Virus record (IMG/VR): IMGVR_UViG_3300026551_000002
Source of the DNA: an uncultured virus (IMG/VR IMGVR_UViG_3300026551_000002)
Taxonomy: Duplodnaviria > Heunggongvirae > Uroviricota > Caudoviricetes
DNA length: 20,000 nt
Direction: 5' to 3' (one strand)
Below the pieces are notes generated by a model. That model did not search any database. It worked only from the letters and a program-made list of their open reading frames with translations, and had not been told where the DNA came from. Below are positions 1-7,548 of this stretch, in pieces. How positions within the stretch are numbered: the stretch's first letter is position 1; each line of letters opens with the position of its first letter. The position numbers and the translations under genes were made by a program.

Positions 1-63
1 TTCAATCCCTGATGTCTGGGCAATTGTCCGTTTACTGGCAAGAAAATCTTGATAGTCTAACAC
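1..63 (-). CDS. N-terminus of a gene running off the window (MLDYQDFLASKRTIAQTSGIE...), resembling starts of phage SNF2/DEAD helicase or methylase-associated proteins
   Basis: RBS AGAAAGGA, GTG at 63, open to window edge. Product is a guess from only 21 residues. Confidence 0.45.
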   Translation of the reverse strand, partial: MLDYQDFLASKRTIAQTSGIE

Positions 64-107
64 TAATTAAATCCTTTCTAAAAATCTATGTCCAACAAAA
101 TCCACTA

Positions 108-830
108 TCACACACATCGAACAAGCCCCCCCCCCTCTGTACTTTTTGCTGTAAATTGCACTTCAGGTAATGGCTTGCCACTTTTGTGCAATCTCACTTG
201 ATGACTAGCATAAATTTGCTCATCAATTTTGATGGCCTCTTTCCATTCATCGGGCTCATTTTGAACTTCAATCCATTCATTGTCCGACTGATGAGGACAC
301 ATCTTGCATCGAGACTTAATTGGTTCAGGCAGTCCATAATCTTTTACTAATTGAGCACACTCCCCACGAGTCATCTTCACATCAAAGCAAAGAGGCCAAT
401 AGTTCTCTATCCACTGAACACTTGAGTGCTTAAGACGCTGAATTTCATCTATGGACATACCCATCCACATAACACATTCCCTGACTCCAACTGACCGAAG
501 ATACCGACGAACCACCAACATTTTCCACTCTGAAGAGCAAAAAGTTGGAAGCTTTGCATTCTGAGTAAATGCAGGAATGAGCACTTCTCCCTTGTGAGAG
601 TACAAATCTACTTTTGACAAAGAATGAGGCGCTACCTCAATCTCCAATCCAATTTCAGCTAACATGGGCGAAACATACTGCTCTGTATATTCCCATGTCC
701 GCTTGAATTCCCATCCAGTATCAGCAGTAACAATTCTGTCTGGTTTAGGCAATCGCCCTTGACGAACAAGAACAGCTATAGCAGTTGATTGCACTCCAAG
801 TCCATTAGACCAGACAATCGGCTTGCTCAT
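108..830 (-). CDS. PAPS-reductase-like (adenine nucleotide alpha-hydrolase) protein, probably frameshifted near the 3' end (full end at 86)
   Basis: SNGLGVQST PP-loop-like motif, ADTGWE, CSSEWK, GMSIDE, KSRCKMCPH. ATG at 830 overlaps the rusA stop (ATGA). G10 tract at 126-135. Confidence 0.75.
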   Translation of the reverse strand: MSKPIVWSNGLGVQSTAIAVLVRQGRLPKPDRIVTADTGWEFKRTWEYTEQYVSPMLAEIGLEIEVAPHSLSKVDLYSHKGEVLIPAFTQNAKLPTFCSSEWKMLVVRRYLRSVGVRECVMWMGMSIDEIQRLKHSSVQWIENYWPLCFDVKMTRGECAQLVKDYGLPEPIKSRCKMCPHQSDNEWIEVQNEPDEWKEAIKIDEQIYASHQVRLHKSGKPLPEVQFTAKSTEGGGLVRCV

Positions 831-1294
831 TCCCCAATCCTTTCTGTACACACTCTCACGCTAATTTCACAGCGCGGATTATCTCTATCTGCCCATTTCT
901 CAATAGGCAACCGTACAACTAAATTGTCATTCAAATCTAAATACTTAAATACCACATCTTGCACTGCTTTTATACCTCCATCAATATCTCTCTTCCATAA
1001 TGTCTTAAAGTAAAAATCAATACTAAAATCCAATGGAATATGCTGTTTACTTATTCTAATAGCATCAACAACATTCCAATTCTTCACTACTGCTTTATCA
1101 GTAGAATATGCTAAAACCATTAATGCATCTTGTTTGAATTGCTTCAATTCCACTGAGGAAAAGAATTGTGCTCCATGATTTGTGTTATAAGAACCATTAA
1201 TCCCTGGAGGAAGTGGCAACGTTGCCACTAGGAACGGCTCTATAGGCCAATTCACCCCTTGCAAGGGGGATTTGGGTTTAGCTCGTGTGGGCAT
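827..1294 (-). CDS. rusA: RusA-family Holliday junction resolvase
   Basis: LPLPPGING N-terminal motif, RDIDGGIKAVQD and NDNLV acidic motifs, C-terminal NPRCEI. Confidence 0.8.
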   Translation of the reverse strand: MPTRAKPKSPLQGVNWPIEPFLVATLPLPPGINGSYNTNHGAQFFSSVELKQFKQDALMVLAYSTDKAVVKNWNVVDAIRISKQHIPLDFSIDFYFKTLWKRDIDGGIKAVQDVVFKYLDLNDNLVVRLPIEKWADRDNPRCEISVRVCTERIGE

Positions 1295-1649
1295 GGGTTA
1301 CTCCCTCTGTTACATCTGCAAATAGATCAGTAAAACGTTTCAACAATTCAACTGATGTTGGTCCTGCAGGTTGTTCTTTATCTGGAATCCACGTCACAAT
1401 AGGAAAAGAGCTATATCCTACTTCAATATGCTTTGTAGTAAAATGACCTATTGGCATAGGATTATATGCTCTATATATTTCAAGCATACAATTGTACAGA
1501 ATACAAAAATCATTAGACCACTCCATCAAATGTCTTGTAAAAAGATCATGCGCATTGTACATATTATCATGCACAATAGAGTCATCTTTGTCTAAATTGG
1601 TTATAGCGTTACGCATATAACCAATAATTTTGTTTTCGAGCTGTTTCAT
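1278..1649 (-). CDS. hypothetical protein
   Basis: 123-aa ORF coupled to both neighbours in the operon. Confidence 0.6.
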   Translation of the reverse strand: MKQLENKIIGYMRNAITNLDKDDSIVHDNMYNAHDLFTRHLMEWSNDFCILYNCMLEIYRAYNPMPIGHFTTKHIEVGYSSFPIVTWIPDKEQPAGPTSVELLKRFTDLFADVTEGVTHAHTS

Positions 1650-1855
1650 TATTTTGACTCCTCTATTAACTCGGTGGTCAATAGACTAAAGGGAACATCA
1701 AATTCCACAACTGCTTCATAAATTGCACGAACAGTACTAAATGTTTCATATGTGCTTAACCACCTGGGATTAGCAAGTTTCCGCCCTTCATGCATGTCAT
1801 CTAAATTCCTATAAATCTGTAAAACTTTGTATTTTCTCTTTTTAGTCATGGCCAT
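1649..1855 (-). CDS. hypothetical protein, paralog of 5600-5785
   Basis: RBS AAGGAG; shares KYKVxQxY...DxH...KLxN pattern with 5600-5785. Confidence 0.7.
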   Translation of the reverse strand: MAMTKKRKYKVLQIYRNLDDMHEGRKLANPRWLSTYETFSTVRAIYEAVVEFDVPFSLLTTELIEESK

Positions 1856-1937
1856 GCTCCTTCTTCAAATGGCGGTTGTGTGACTCTGGAAAACATCAAG
1901 GAGTTGAAAAAACCTAATCACACAACCTGTTACAAAC

Positions 1938-1966
1938 AGTATAGACTAGTTTGGTATAATTGTCAA
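1938..1966 (-). promoter_or_regulatory. sigma70-type promoter (leftward)
   Basis: TTGACA-17 bp-TATACT on minus strand. Confidence 0.8.
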
Positions 1967-2001
1967 TAGTATTGTGTTGTATAGGTTGGTTATCAATAGT
2001 A

Positions 2002-2030
2002 TTGACTAGTATTTAGCGGTATGATATAAT
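2002..2030 (+). promoter_or_regulatory. sigma70-type promoter with extended -10 (rightward)
   Basis: TTGACT-17 bp-TATAAT with TGn. Confidence 0.85.
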
Positions 2031-2070
2031 TCAAGGCAGTTTAGAAAGTATATGCAAAGGAGATTTTACT

Positions 2071-2463
2071 GTGAAGTGGAAACTAAGGCGGATAGTAGAT
2101 AAAGCTGCTCTCATCCTCGTAAGTGTTAAGCCTATTCGATGGTTCTTTGATCAACTCATCAAGTTTGGAAATTGGGCAAGTAAAAACCCATTCCTGTCTA
2201 CAATCTGGAAATGGTATATCAAGATAGAAAGACCAGCTTGGATTAGTTACCTTACGTATTCTCTAGTTGCTGATGCTTGGTATCACAACATATGGTGCAT
2301 ACTCATTGATATTGCTTGTCTTCTTGTCATGATTTTCTTACCTAATATCGACAATCATGACAATGATGAAGACAATGAGCCAGATGAACCTGATCCAACA
2401 CCTAACGGAGATGCAGTTGATTTATGGATTCGAGAACAACAAAAATTGACTTTACCCAAATGA
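2071..2463 (+). CDS. membrane protein with acidic C-terminal tail (moron-like)
   Basis: RBS AAAGGAG, GTG start, hydrophobic segment IWCILIDIACLLVMIFLP, tail DNDEDNEPDEPDP; own promoter and terminator. Confidence 0.7.
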   Translation: MKWKLRRIVDKAALILVSVKPIRWFFDQLIKFGNWASKNPFLSTIWKWYIKIERPAWISYLTYSLVADAWYHNIWCILIDIACLLVMIFLPNIDNHDNDEDNEPDEPDPTPNGDAVDLWIREQQKLTLPK

Positions 2464-2511
2464 CAAGGTAGACTTGAAACTACTACCTCAAATGTCATTG
2501 GGAAACTGCAC

Positions 2512-2549
2512 AAAAAAACACCTTGGTGCTCACATCACCAAGGTGTTTT
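2512..2549. terminator. bidirectional intrinsic terminator
   Basis: AAAACACCTTGGTG / CACCAAGGTGTTTT stem between convergent genes. Confidence 0.8.
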
Positions 2550-2564
2550 GATATTTTAACATCT

Positions 2565-2798
2565 CTACAATACTGCTTTCTCCATTGCACCAACCACTAG
2601 TTGAGCAGTCTCCTCCTCACCCACAAGCTCTTTAAGAGCACTTCCAATCTGTCCCATACGTTCCATACGAGCCGTGATGAATTGATGCTGAGTAGTTCCC
2701 TGAGCCAAGCCTGTGAGTGCCCACTGAGCGGCCTGTGTCTCGGCGTCAAACTGAGCCATGAGAAAAGCAACTTCAGATTGATTGGACTGATTCGACAT
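2565..2798 (-). CDS. small conserved-looking hypothetical protein
   Basis: RBS AGGAGG; SEVAFL...HQFITARMERMG pattern. Confidence 0.7.
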   Translation of the reverse strand: MSNQSNQSEVAFLMAQFDAETQAAQWALTGLAQGTTQHQFITARMERMGQIGSALKELVGEEETAQLVVGAMEKAVL

Positions 2799-2811
2799 TA
2801 TGCCCTCCTGC

Positions 2812-3024
2812 CTACAACTCTTCGGATAGAAAAGATATAGGTTTTAGTGCGTCGCTAATAATCTGCTTCCGTTGCTCTGTAAATGGCAATAATGTATAAA
2901 AGAAAAATGCATTGCCATCAAATGACACATCATCATCTTTTATGCCATCAACATTATCACGTATCCAGCGTTTAGCCCTAGAACATTTACCTGGACCAGA
3001 AAAGAACAATGAATGCTTGAACAT
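2812..3024 (-). CDS. hypothetical protein
   Basis: Start revised to ATG 3024 (RBS GGGAG) to avoid overlap with the transglycosylase gene. Confidence 0.6.
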   Translation of the reverse strand: MFKHSLFFSGPGKCSRAKRWIRDNVDGIKDDDVSFDGNAFFFYTLLPFTEQRKQIISDALKPISFLSEEL

Positions 3025-3025
3025 A

Positions 3026-3517
3026 TCATTCTCCCATAATGATAGCGATATACGCCCGTGTTTCACTTGGAATATGGCCTTTCCAATTAACACCATATTC
3101 ATCTATCACACTATTTGTACGTTCATAACCATAATTATACGCACTAAGAGCCTTGGCATAGTCTCCATACTTTTGATAATACCGAGACATCAATTGGGAT
3201 GCACCTGCCAAAGATTGTACTGGATTCCAGGGATCGATGCCAAGTCCCGAAGCCGTATCGGGCATTATTTGCGCAATACCAATAGCTCCTGCATGTGACT
3301 CTGCATTTGGATTAAATCCTGACTCCTCATTAATCTGAGCTACAAAGTAGTCAGGAGGGATGCCAGCATTCACAGCATCTTGCCTTGCCATACTACGGTA
3401 GTCAGTATCACTTTGTTGAGCAGAGGCAAATGGATTGCCACCCTGAGCTTCGATATACGCACAAGCAAGTGCAAGACCGATGAGGCACATAACGAAAAAA
3501 GTTGCTGCTTCCTTCAT
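3026..3517 (-). CDS. lytic transglycosylase (SLT domain) with N-terminal signal/anchor
   Basis: EESGFNPNAES catalytic motif, GAIGIAQIMP, AYNYG, ETRAY. ATG 3517 overlaps the upstream stop; hydrophobic N-terminus. Confidence 0.9.
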   Translation of the reverse strand: MKEAATFFVMCLIGLALACAYIEAQGGNPFASAQQSDTDYRSMARQDAVNAGIPPDYFVAQINEESGFNPNAESHAGAIGIAQIMPDTASGLGIDPWNPVQSLAGASQLMSRYYQKYGDYAKALSAYNYGYERTNSVIDEYGVNWKGHIPSETRAYIAIIMGE

Positions 3518-3702
3518 GGCTTCACCACCGCTACATGAGCACCTGCCCACATAAACCACAGCACGACGCCGACGATGATAAACACAACGAGGTGGAGCAG
3601 ATCTTTTCGCACTGAGCCAGGGCCACGACTGCTACCCCACTGGGTGCCGAAATAGCCAAAGGCCACGATAATAATGATGAGGATTATTGTCCCTGTAGAC
3701 AT
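3514..3702 (-). CDS. small two-TM membrane protein
   Basis: RBS TAAGGAG, two hydrophobic segments, coupled to SLT. Confidence 0.75.
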   Translation of the reverse strand: MSTGTIILIIIIVAFGYFGTQWGSSRGPGSVRKDLLHLVVFIIVGVVLWFMWAGAHVAVVKP

Positions 3703-3844
3703 AGGTATCTCCTTAGTGCAAAGGAGTCCTAGTCAACTCTGATAAAATGGAGACAGCTAGGACTCCGGTTTTAGTGATGGGCTAGTGGCAGAAGTTTTGG
3801 TCGGCCTATGCCACTAGCGAGCACGATGATATGGCGTATCCTTT

Positions 3845-3916
3845 CTACGCAAGAAAGCGAATAGCTACTATGCAGAGCACAATTGCAAGAGCTACGAATA
3901 GAAATCCTTCAAGCAT
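3845..3916 (-). CDS. 23-aa single-TM peptide MLEGFLFVALAIVLCIVAIRFLA
   Basis: RBS AAAGGAG; manual translation, below ORF-track cutoff. Confidence 0.6.
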   Translation of the reverse strand: MLEGFLFVALAIVLCIVAIRFLA

Positions 3917-3937
3917 GTGCTATCTCCTTTCTAGCGA

Positions 3938-4090
3938 CTACGACTTATCAAATACTGTTACAATTGTTGCCAGCACACCTATAGTAAGTGTTACTATCGC
4001 GCAAATGCCTATAGTAGGTCCTACCAGATGATAGTAGGCCAATACTATGAAAAACATTGATAGTATCATGCCTATTATGCCTATTTTCAC
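3938..4090 (-). CDS. 50-aa two-TM peptide MKIGIIGMILSMFFIVLAYYHLVGPTIGICAIVTLTIGVLATIVTVFDKS
   Basis: RBS AAAGGAG, GTG start; manual translation. Confidence 0.65.
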   Translation of the reverse strand: MKIGIIGMILSMFFIVLAYYHLVGPTIGICAIVTLTIGVLATIVTVFDKS

Positions 4091-4102
4091 ACTATCTCCT
4101 TT

Positions 4103-4269
4103 TTAACTCTTGAATATGAGTAGTACCACACTAAGCAGGAATACTACAATAGCAACTGCATGGTATACCTACAAACATGTATTTTTCCTTTCAGCGAACA
4201 AGTAAATTGTATGGCACAAACAAGAATAGCGCTGTATATAATGATAAGAAAGATTGTCCCTATAGACAT
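4103..4269 (-). pseudogene. frameshifted paralog of 3514-3702 (two-TM peptide)
   Basis: Same RBS/start (MSIGTIFLIII). Frame stops at 4144, but another frame encodes VYHAVAIVVFLLSVVLLIFKS* ending at 4103. Confidence 0.5.
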
Positions 4270-4286
4270 AGGTATCTCCTTAGTGC

Positions 4287-4320
4287 AAAAAATGCCTACA
4301 GATGTAAAAACCTGTAGGCA
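4287..4320 (-). terminator. intrinsic terminator/attenuator after the HTH gene
   Basis: TGCCTACAG/CTGTAGGCA stem followed by T6 on minus strand. Confidence 0.65.
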
Positions 4321-4344
4321 CACTAATCTAAATACGATACTACA

Positions 4345-4533
4345 TCACACTAACACAGCAGTAGATACTAAAAGCGCATCCAGTGTCTCATGCCGAATCC
4401 GATAAGCTTGACGCTTTCCTACATGAGGAAGAGCCATCGCTTCTAATACTCCATTCTTGATCCATCTGCGCACAGTCGTATCATCAACTCGAAGCTGTTT
4501 GGCAACCTCACGAACAGTCAAAAGCTCACTCAT
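4345..4533 (-). CDS. excisionase-like (HTH_17/MerR-like) DNA-binding protein
   Basis: LLTVREVAKQLRVDDTTVRRWIKNGVL; RBS GAAAGGAG before ATG 4533. Confidence 0.85.
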   Translation of the reverse strand: MSELLTVREVAKQLRVDDTTVRRWIKNGVLEAMALPHVGKRQAYRIRHETLDALLVSTAVLV

Positions 4534-4628
4534 AGAAACTACTCCTTTCAAACTATCTGAAACTACAATAACATTTACGAATACTACCACAAATGCATGC
4601 AACTGCACAATACTACATTGACAAAGTA

Positions 4629-4838
4629 CTAAAAGCCATTCCATCTACGACGCTTTGTGCTTCCCTTTTGAGCACGTGTCTCTCTCATTTGTTCGTTAAT
4701 TCTTTCATGATACGCACTGTTAGGGATATTCAATTCAGGTGGTGAATCTTTACTTAAACAACTGGCACAAGCAATATAATCACCACCTTTTGCTAGCCCA
4801 ACACCTACAGGCTTACCACATACTCTACATCTAATCAT
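4629..4838 (-). CDS. small Zn-ribbon protein
   Basis: CRVC...CASC; start revised to ATG 4838 (GGAG RBS). Confidence 0.6.
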   Translation of the reverse strand: MIRCRVCGKPVGVGLAKGGDYIACASCLSKDSPPELNIPNSAYHERINEQMRETRAQKGSTKRRRWNGF

Positions 4839-4855
4839 AATGCAGCTCCAAAGTA

Positions 4856-5143
4856 CTACTGAGTACAAGAATGTCTCTGAAAGTCAGAAACCATTCTCTC
4901 ACAATCAGGACACTTGACATCAGTAATGTCACAAATCCCCAAGATAGCCATTGTCTGTGGATCATTCAGATGTTCTCGCAACTGCCTAGCCTCATCTGGA
5001 GAAAGTGTGATCTCCTTGTGAGCACCAAAGCCAGTATTTAAAGCAATGGTCAATTCTCCATGCCTAAAAGCACACACATCAATTGTGTTTGTATCTTGGC
5101 TAATTGAAGCTGAGTACTCAAAATCGTTGGATGTGATCTGCAT
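4856..5143 (-). CDS. hypothetical protein with C-terminal CPDC...HSC
   Basis: RBS TAAGGAG before ATG 5143. Confidence 0.65.
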   Translation of the reverse strand: MQITSNDFEYSASISQDTNTIDVCAFRHGELTIALNTGFGAHKEITLSPDEARQLREHLNDPQTMAILGICDITDVKCPDCERMVSDFQRHSCTQ

Positions 5144-5147
5144 GATA

Positions 5148-5324
5148 TTACTCCTTATTAAATCTAGAAGGGACACGAATTTGTGTAGCAGGTTTGATGT
5201 TTGTCATCTTTCCTGCACACTTTACACAAAAGTACAATTTTTGATATGTTGAGAGCAGAATGTATTGACGTGTGTCATGTCTGGTTTGTTTGCATCCAGA
5301 ACAATAATAACGTTGTGCTGACAT
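5148..5324 (-). CDS. 58-aa Zn-ribbon protein (MSAQRYYCSGC...FCVKC...)
   Basis: RBS AAAGGA; manual translation; fills the operon gap exactly. Confidence 0.65.
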   Translation of the reverse strand: MSAQRYYCSGCKQTRHDTRQYILLSTYQKLYFCVKCAGKMTNIKPATQIRVPSRFNKE

Positions 5325-5327
5325 CTA

Positions 5328-5603
5328 TTATCCTTTCATACACTCAGGACAACTACAAAAACGAGAATTAGGATTGTGCTCTATTGGCTTAGAAGGATTC
5401 CAAACATCATTCCATCCTTTGATGAAAAGCTTTTGTACTTGGATAGAACGCGTCTCACTTTGAGCTTTTATTCTTCCTTGACGTTCATACTCCTCTCTTG
5501 GAAGGAAATACAAACCTTTCATAAGATCATGCAAACCCCTTTGCATGCGCTGATACGCTTGCCCTTCAGCACGGCCTTTAGCCTCTGCATTCTTCTGATT
5601 CAC
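5328..5603 (-). CDS. hypothetical protein with C-terminal H..CSCPEC
   Basis: RBS AGGAGGTG, ATGA overlap with upstream gene. Confidence 0.7.
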   Translation of the reverse strand: MNQKNAEAKGRAEGQAYQRMQRGLHDLMKGLYFLPREEYERQGRIKAQSETRSIQVQKLFIKGWNDVWNPSKPIEHNPNSRFCSCPECMKG

Positions 5604-5785
5604 TCACTCACCTCCTGAGCCATTAAACAAATCTCAGACACATCTGTTTGATAGGATACAATTCGAATAGCTGAAAGTGCATCTTTCGCTTGAATGATGC
5701 CATGAACTATCTTGTTCTCAAGTTTCTTGTTCAAATGCACATCTCTCACCGTTGCATACATCTGTGTAACTTTGTACTTTTTCAT
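5600..5785 (-). CDS. hypothetical protein, paralog of 1649-1855
   Basis: Start revised to ATG 5785 (MKKYKVTQMY). Confidence 0.65.
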   Translation of the reverse strand: MKKYKVTQMYATVRDVHLNKKLENKIVHGIIQAKDALSAIRIVSYQTDVSEICLMAQEVSE

Positions 5786-6028
5786 GATAAATACTTCTTT
5801 ATCTTCTTGCAATCTGAGATTGCATGTACTCTACTGACAACTCTTTACCTGTTTCACTATCAATGATTTTTGATCCTGCCTGAGACTCTTTAATTAAATC
5901 ATCCCAGAAAAGCATTCCATAACCTAACCCGTAATTATCCACATCATAGATATCCCCACTATTCCACCAACCAACACGAATAACCTTTTTCTTGTATTCA
6001 TGATAAATACTCCTTTCAGAGTCGCTGA

Positions 6029-6496
6029 CTAGGCGACTCTTCTACTTGGCAAGTTACTAAGAAAGCTTGCCGTGTACGCACTACGATAGTCTAATTTTAT
6101 AATCTTAGGAGCAACAATTTGAGGAGCAGATGTTTTACTTTCAAAGTGTCTGACGCTTTCAGTAGTACTAATCTGCTCCGCAATTGCAACCTCTCCGGTA
6201 GAGAGCACTTCTTCAGCTTCAAGAATAGCTTGCTTGACTTGCTTTTCCTGAGCTTTAACGATGTTGGTTTTATAAATACGAGCATAAAATGCATTTACAA
6301 TTTCCGTATGAGCACATGTCCCTTTGTGCTGATGGTGAGAACAGCGACAATGTGTCGCAACAGGAACTATACCTGACTCATCGACACGAACACGAAACCA
6401 ATCGCTTGCATATCCAGGAACATCCACATACAAACCTTTGCTATCTTCTGAAATTTCAAGAAAGTTCATTGCGTACATTGCATAAGTTACTGCCAT
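6029..6496 (-). CDS. SWIM zinc-finger protein
   Basis: CRC...CAH motif; RBS AAAGGAG; first gene of the leftward operon. Confidence 0.75.
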   Translation of the reverse strand: MAVTYAMYAMNFLEISEDSKGLYVDVPGYASDWFRVRVDESGIVPVATHCRCSHHQHKGTCAHTEIVNAFYARIYKTNIVKAQEKQVKQAILEAEEVLSTGEVAIAEQISTTESVRHFESKTSAPQIVAPKIIKLDYRSAYTASFLSNLPSRRVA

Positions 6497-6690
6497 GGTA
6501 TTTTCTCCTTTTGTGTTTTTGAACTACTTTAAATATGTTTTTTTGCAACTTCCTTTGCCCTAAGCATCTCCGCGTCTCGTACGTTTTTCATCGGGACATG
6601 TCTACCGAAGTAACCAGTGTGTCGAAATCTAGAGTGAAAGTTCGCTATTCTCGATGCCCCTCGTCTCTGTATCCTCAACCTCACATACAC

Positions 6691-6719
6691 ATTATGCCAT
6701 ACATCATGCACTTTGTCAA
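6691..6719 (-). promoter_or_regulatory. leftward early promoter
   Basis: TTGACA-17 bp-CATAAT with TGn. Confidence 0.75.
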
Positions 6720-6777
6720 GGGGTTTGCCAAGCAGTTTATCACGAATATAACATAGAAATAAAAACTGATAAAAACC

Positions 6778-6806
6778 TTGACTTCTAGCCTGATAGGAAG
6801 TACACT
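6778..6806 (+). promoter_or_regulatory. rightward promoter for the XRE gene
   Basis: TTGACT-17 bp-TACACT. Confidence 0.7.
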
Positions 6807-6842
6807 TAGAATTAAGTTTCTAAGAAAGGAGAAACAAGGCTC

Positions 6843-7106
6843 ATGCCCACACTGAGAAGTCTACGAGAAGAAAATTACATCAGCAGAAAAAAACTAGCTT
6901 TACTGTCTGGTGTATCTGACTCTACTATCGTCCGAATAGAAGAGGGCAAAACCCATACCAATGAGGAAACTGCAATAAAAGTAGTAGAAGCCCTTGGTAA
7001 GGCAATAGGGCAAAATCTCACCATAGAAAATATTGAAGGATTGAAGCTCTATAACGCTATGAGGGATCGTAAACAAAAACCCAAAGAAGATAATCCGGCA
7101 GCATAG
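6843..7106 (+). CDS. XRE/Cro-family HTH regulator
   Basis: LRSLREENYISRKKLALLSGVSDSTIVRIEEG; RBS AGAAAGGAG. Confidence 0.9.
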   Translation: MPTLRSLREENYISRKKLALLSGVSDSTIVRIEEGKTHTNEETAIKVVEALGKAIGQNLTIENIEGLKLYNAMRDRKQKPKEDNPAA

Positions 7107-7306
7107 CCCTGGCTGGCGATGCCAACAAGAAAAACTGCATACACATCGCCAGCCATAGCCTTGCCCAATATTCTACCAGAATACATGCTCCAAAACTAGT
7201 CCCTAATCTTTCCCCATGCAAGGGGTTATGGAGGGGCATTTTGTTTGGGCAAAGTTGGTGGATAGTTGTGGGCAATCACCAAATTGTGTTAATAGTACTG
7301 GTTAGT

Positions 7307-7335
7307 TTGCAACTTGACTCATACTGTGTTATAAT
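7307..7335 (+). promoter_or_regulatory. promoter for the arc-dinD unit
   Basis: TTGCAA-17 bp-TATAAT with TGn. Confidence 0.75.
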
Positions 7336-7353
7336 AATGTCAGGAGGTTAAAA

Positions 7354-7548
7354 ATGGATCAAAGCAAAATCCTTCGCCGATCCTCTATTAATTTTCCAAG
7401 TGACATAGAGGAAGTTCTCAAAGAGAGAGCTGAAGTTAATAGACGCTCTCTCACAAAAGAAGTTGTATGGATTGTTGAACAGTTCCTTAAACAGGAACAA
7501 CAAAAAGAAGCTGTTGCAACAGCTTCTTTGAAAGGTGAAAATGTCTAA
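7354..7548 (+). CDS. Arc-family ribbon-helix-helix regulator
   Basis: SINFPSDIEEVLKERAEVNRRSLTKEVVWIVE; RBS AGGAGG. Confidence 0.85.
   Translation: MDQSKILRRSSINFPSDIEEVLKERAEVNRRSLTKEVVWIVEQFLKQEQQKEAVATASLKGENV

Larger units (their letters stand above)
3686..4289. repeat. direct repeat of the RBS/start block (3686-3722 and 4253-4289)
   Basis: ATTGTCCCT(G/A)TAGACATAGGTATCTCCTTAGTGCAAA, one mismatch in 37 bp. Confidence 0.9.

Noticed and set aside
1212..1229. Perfect 18-bp palindrome AGTGGCAACGTTGCCACT in rusA
   Set aside because: Single intragenic copy with no supporting context.
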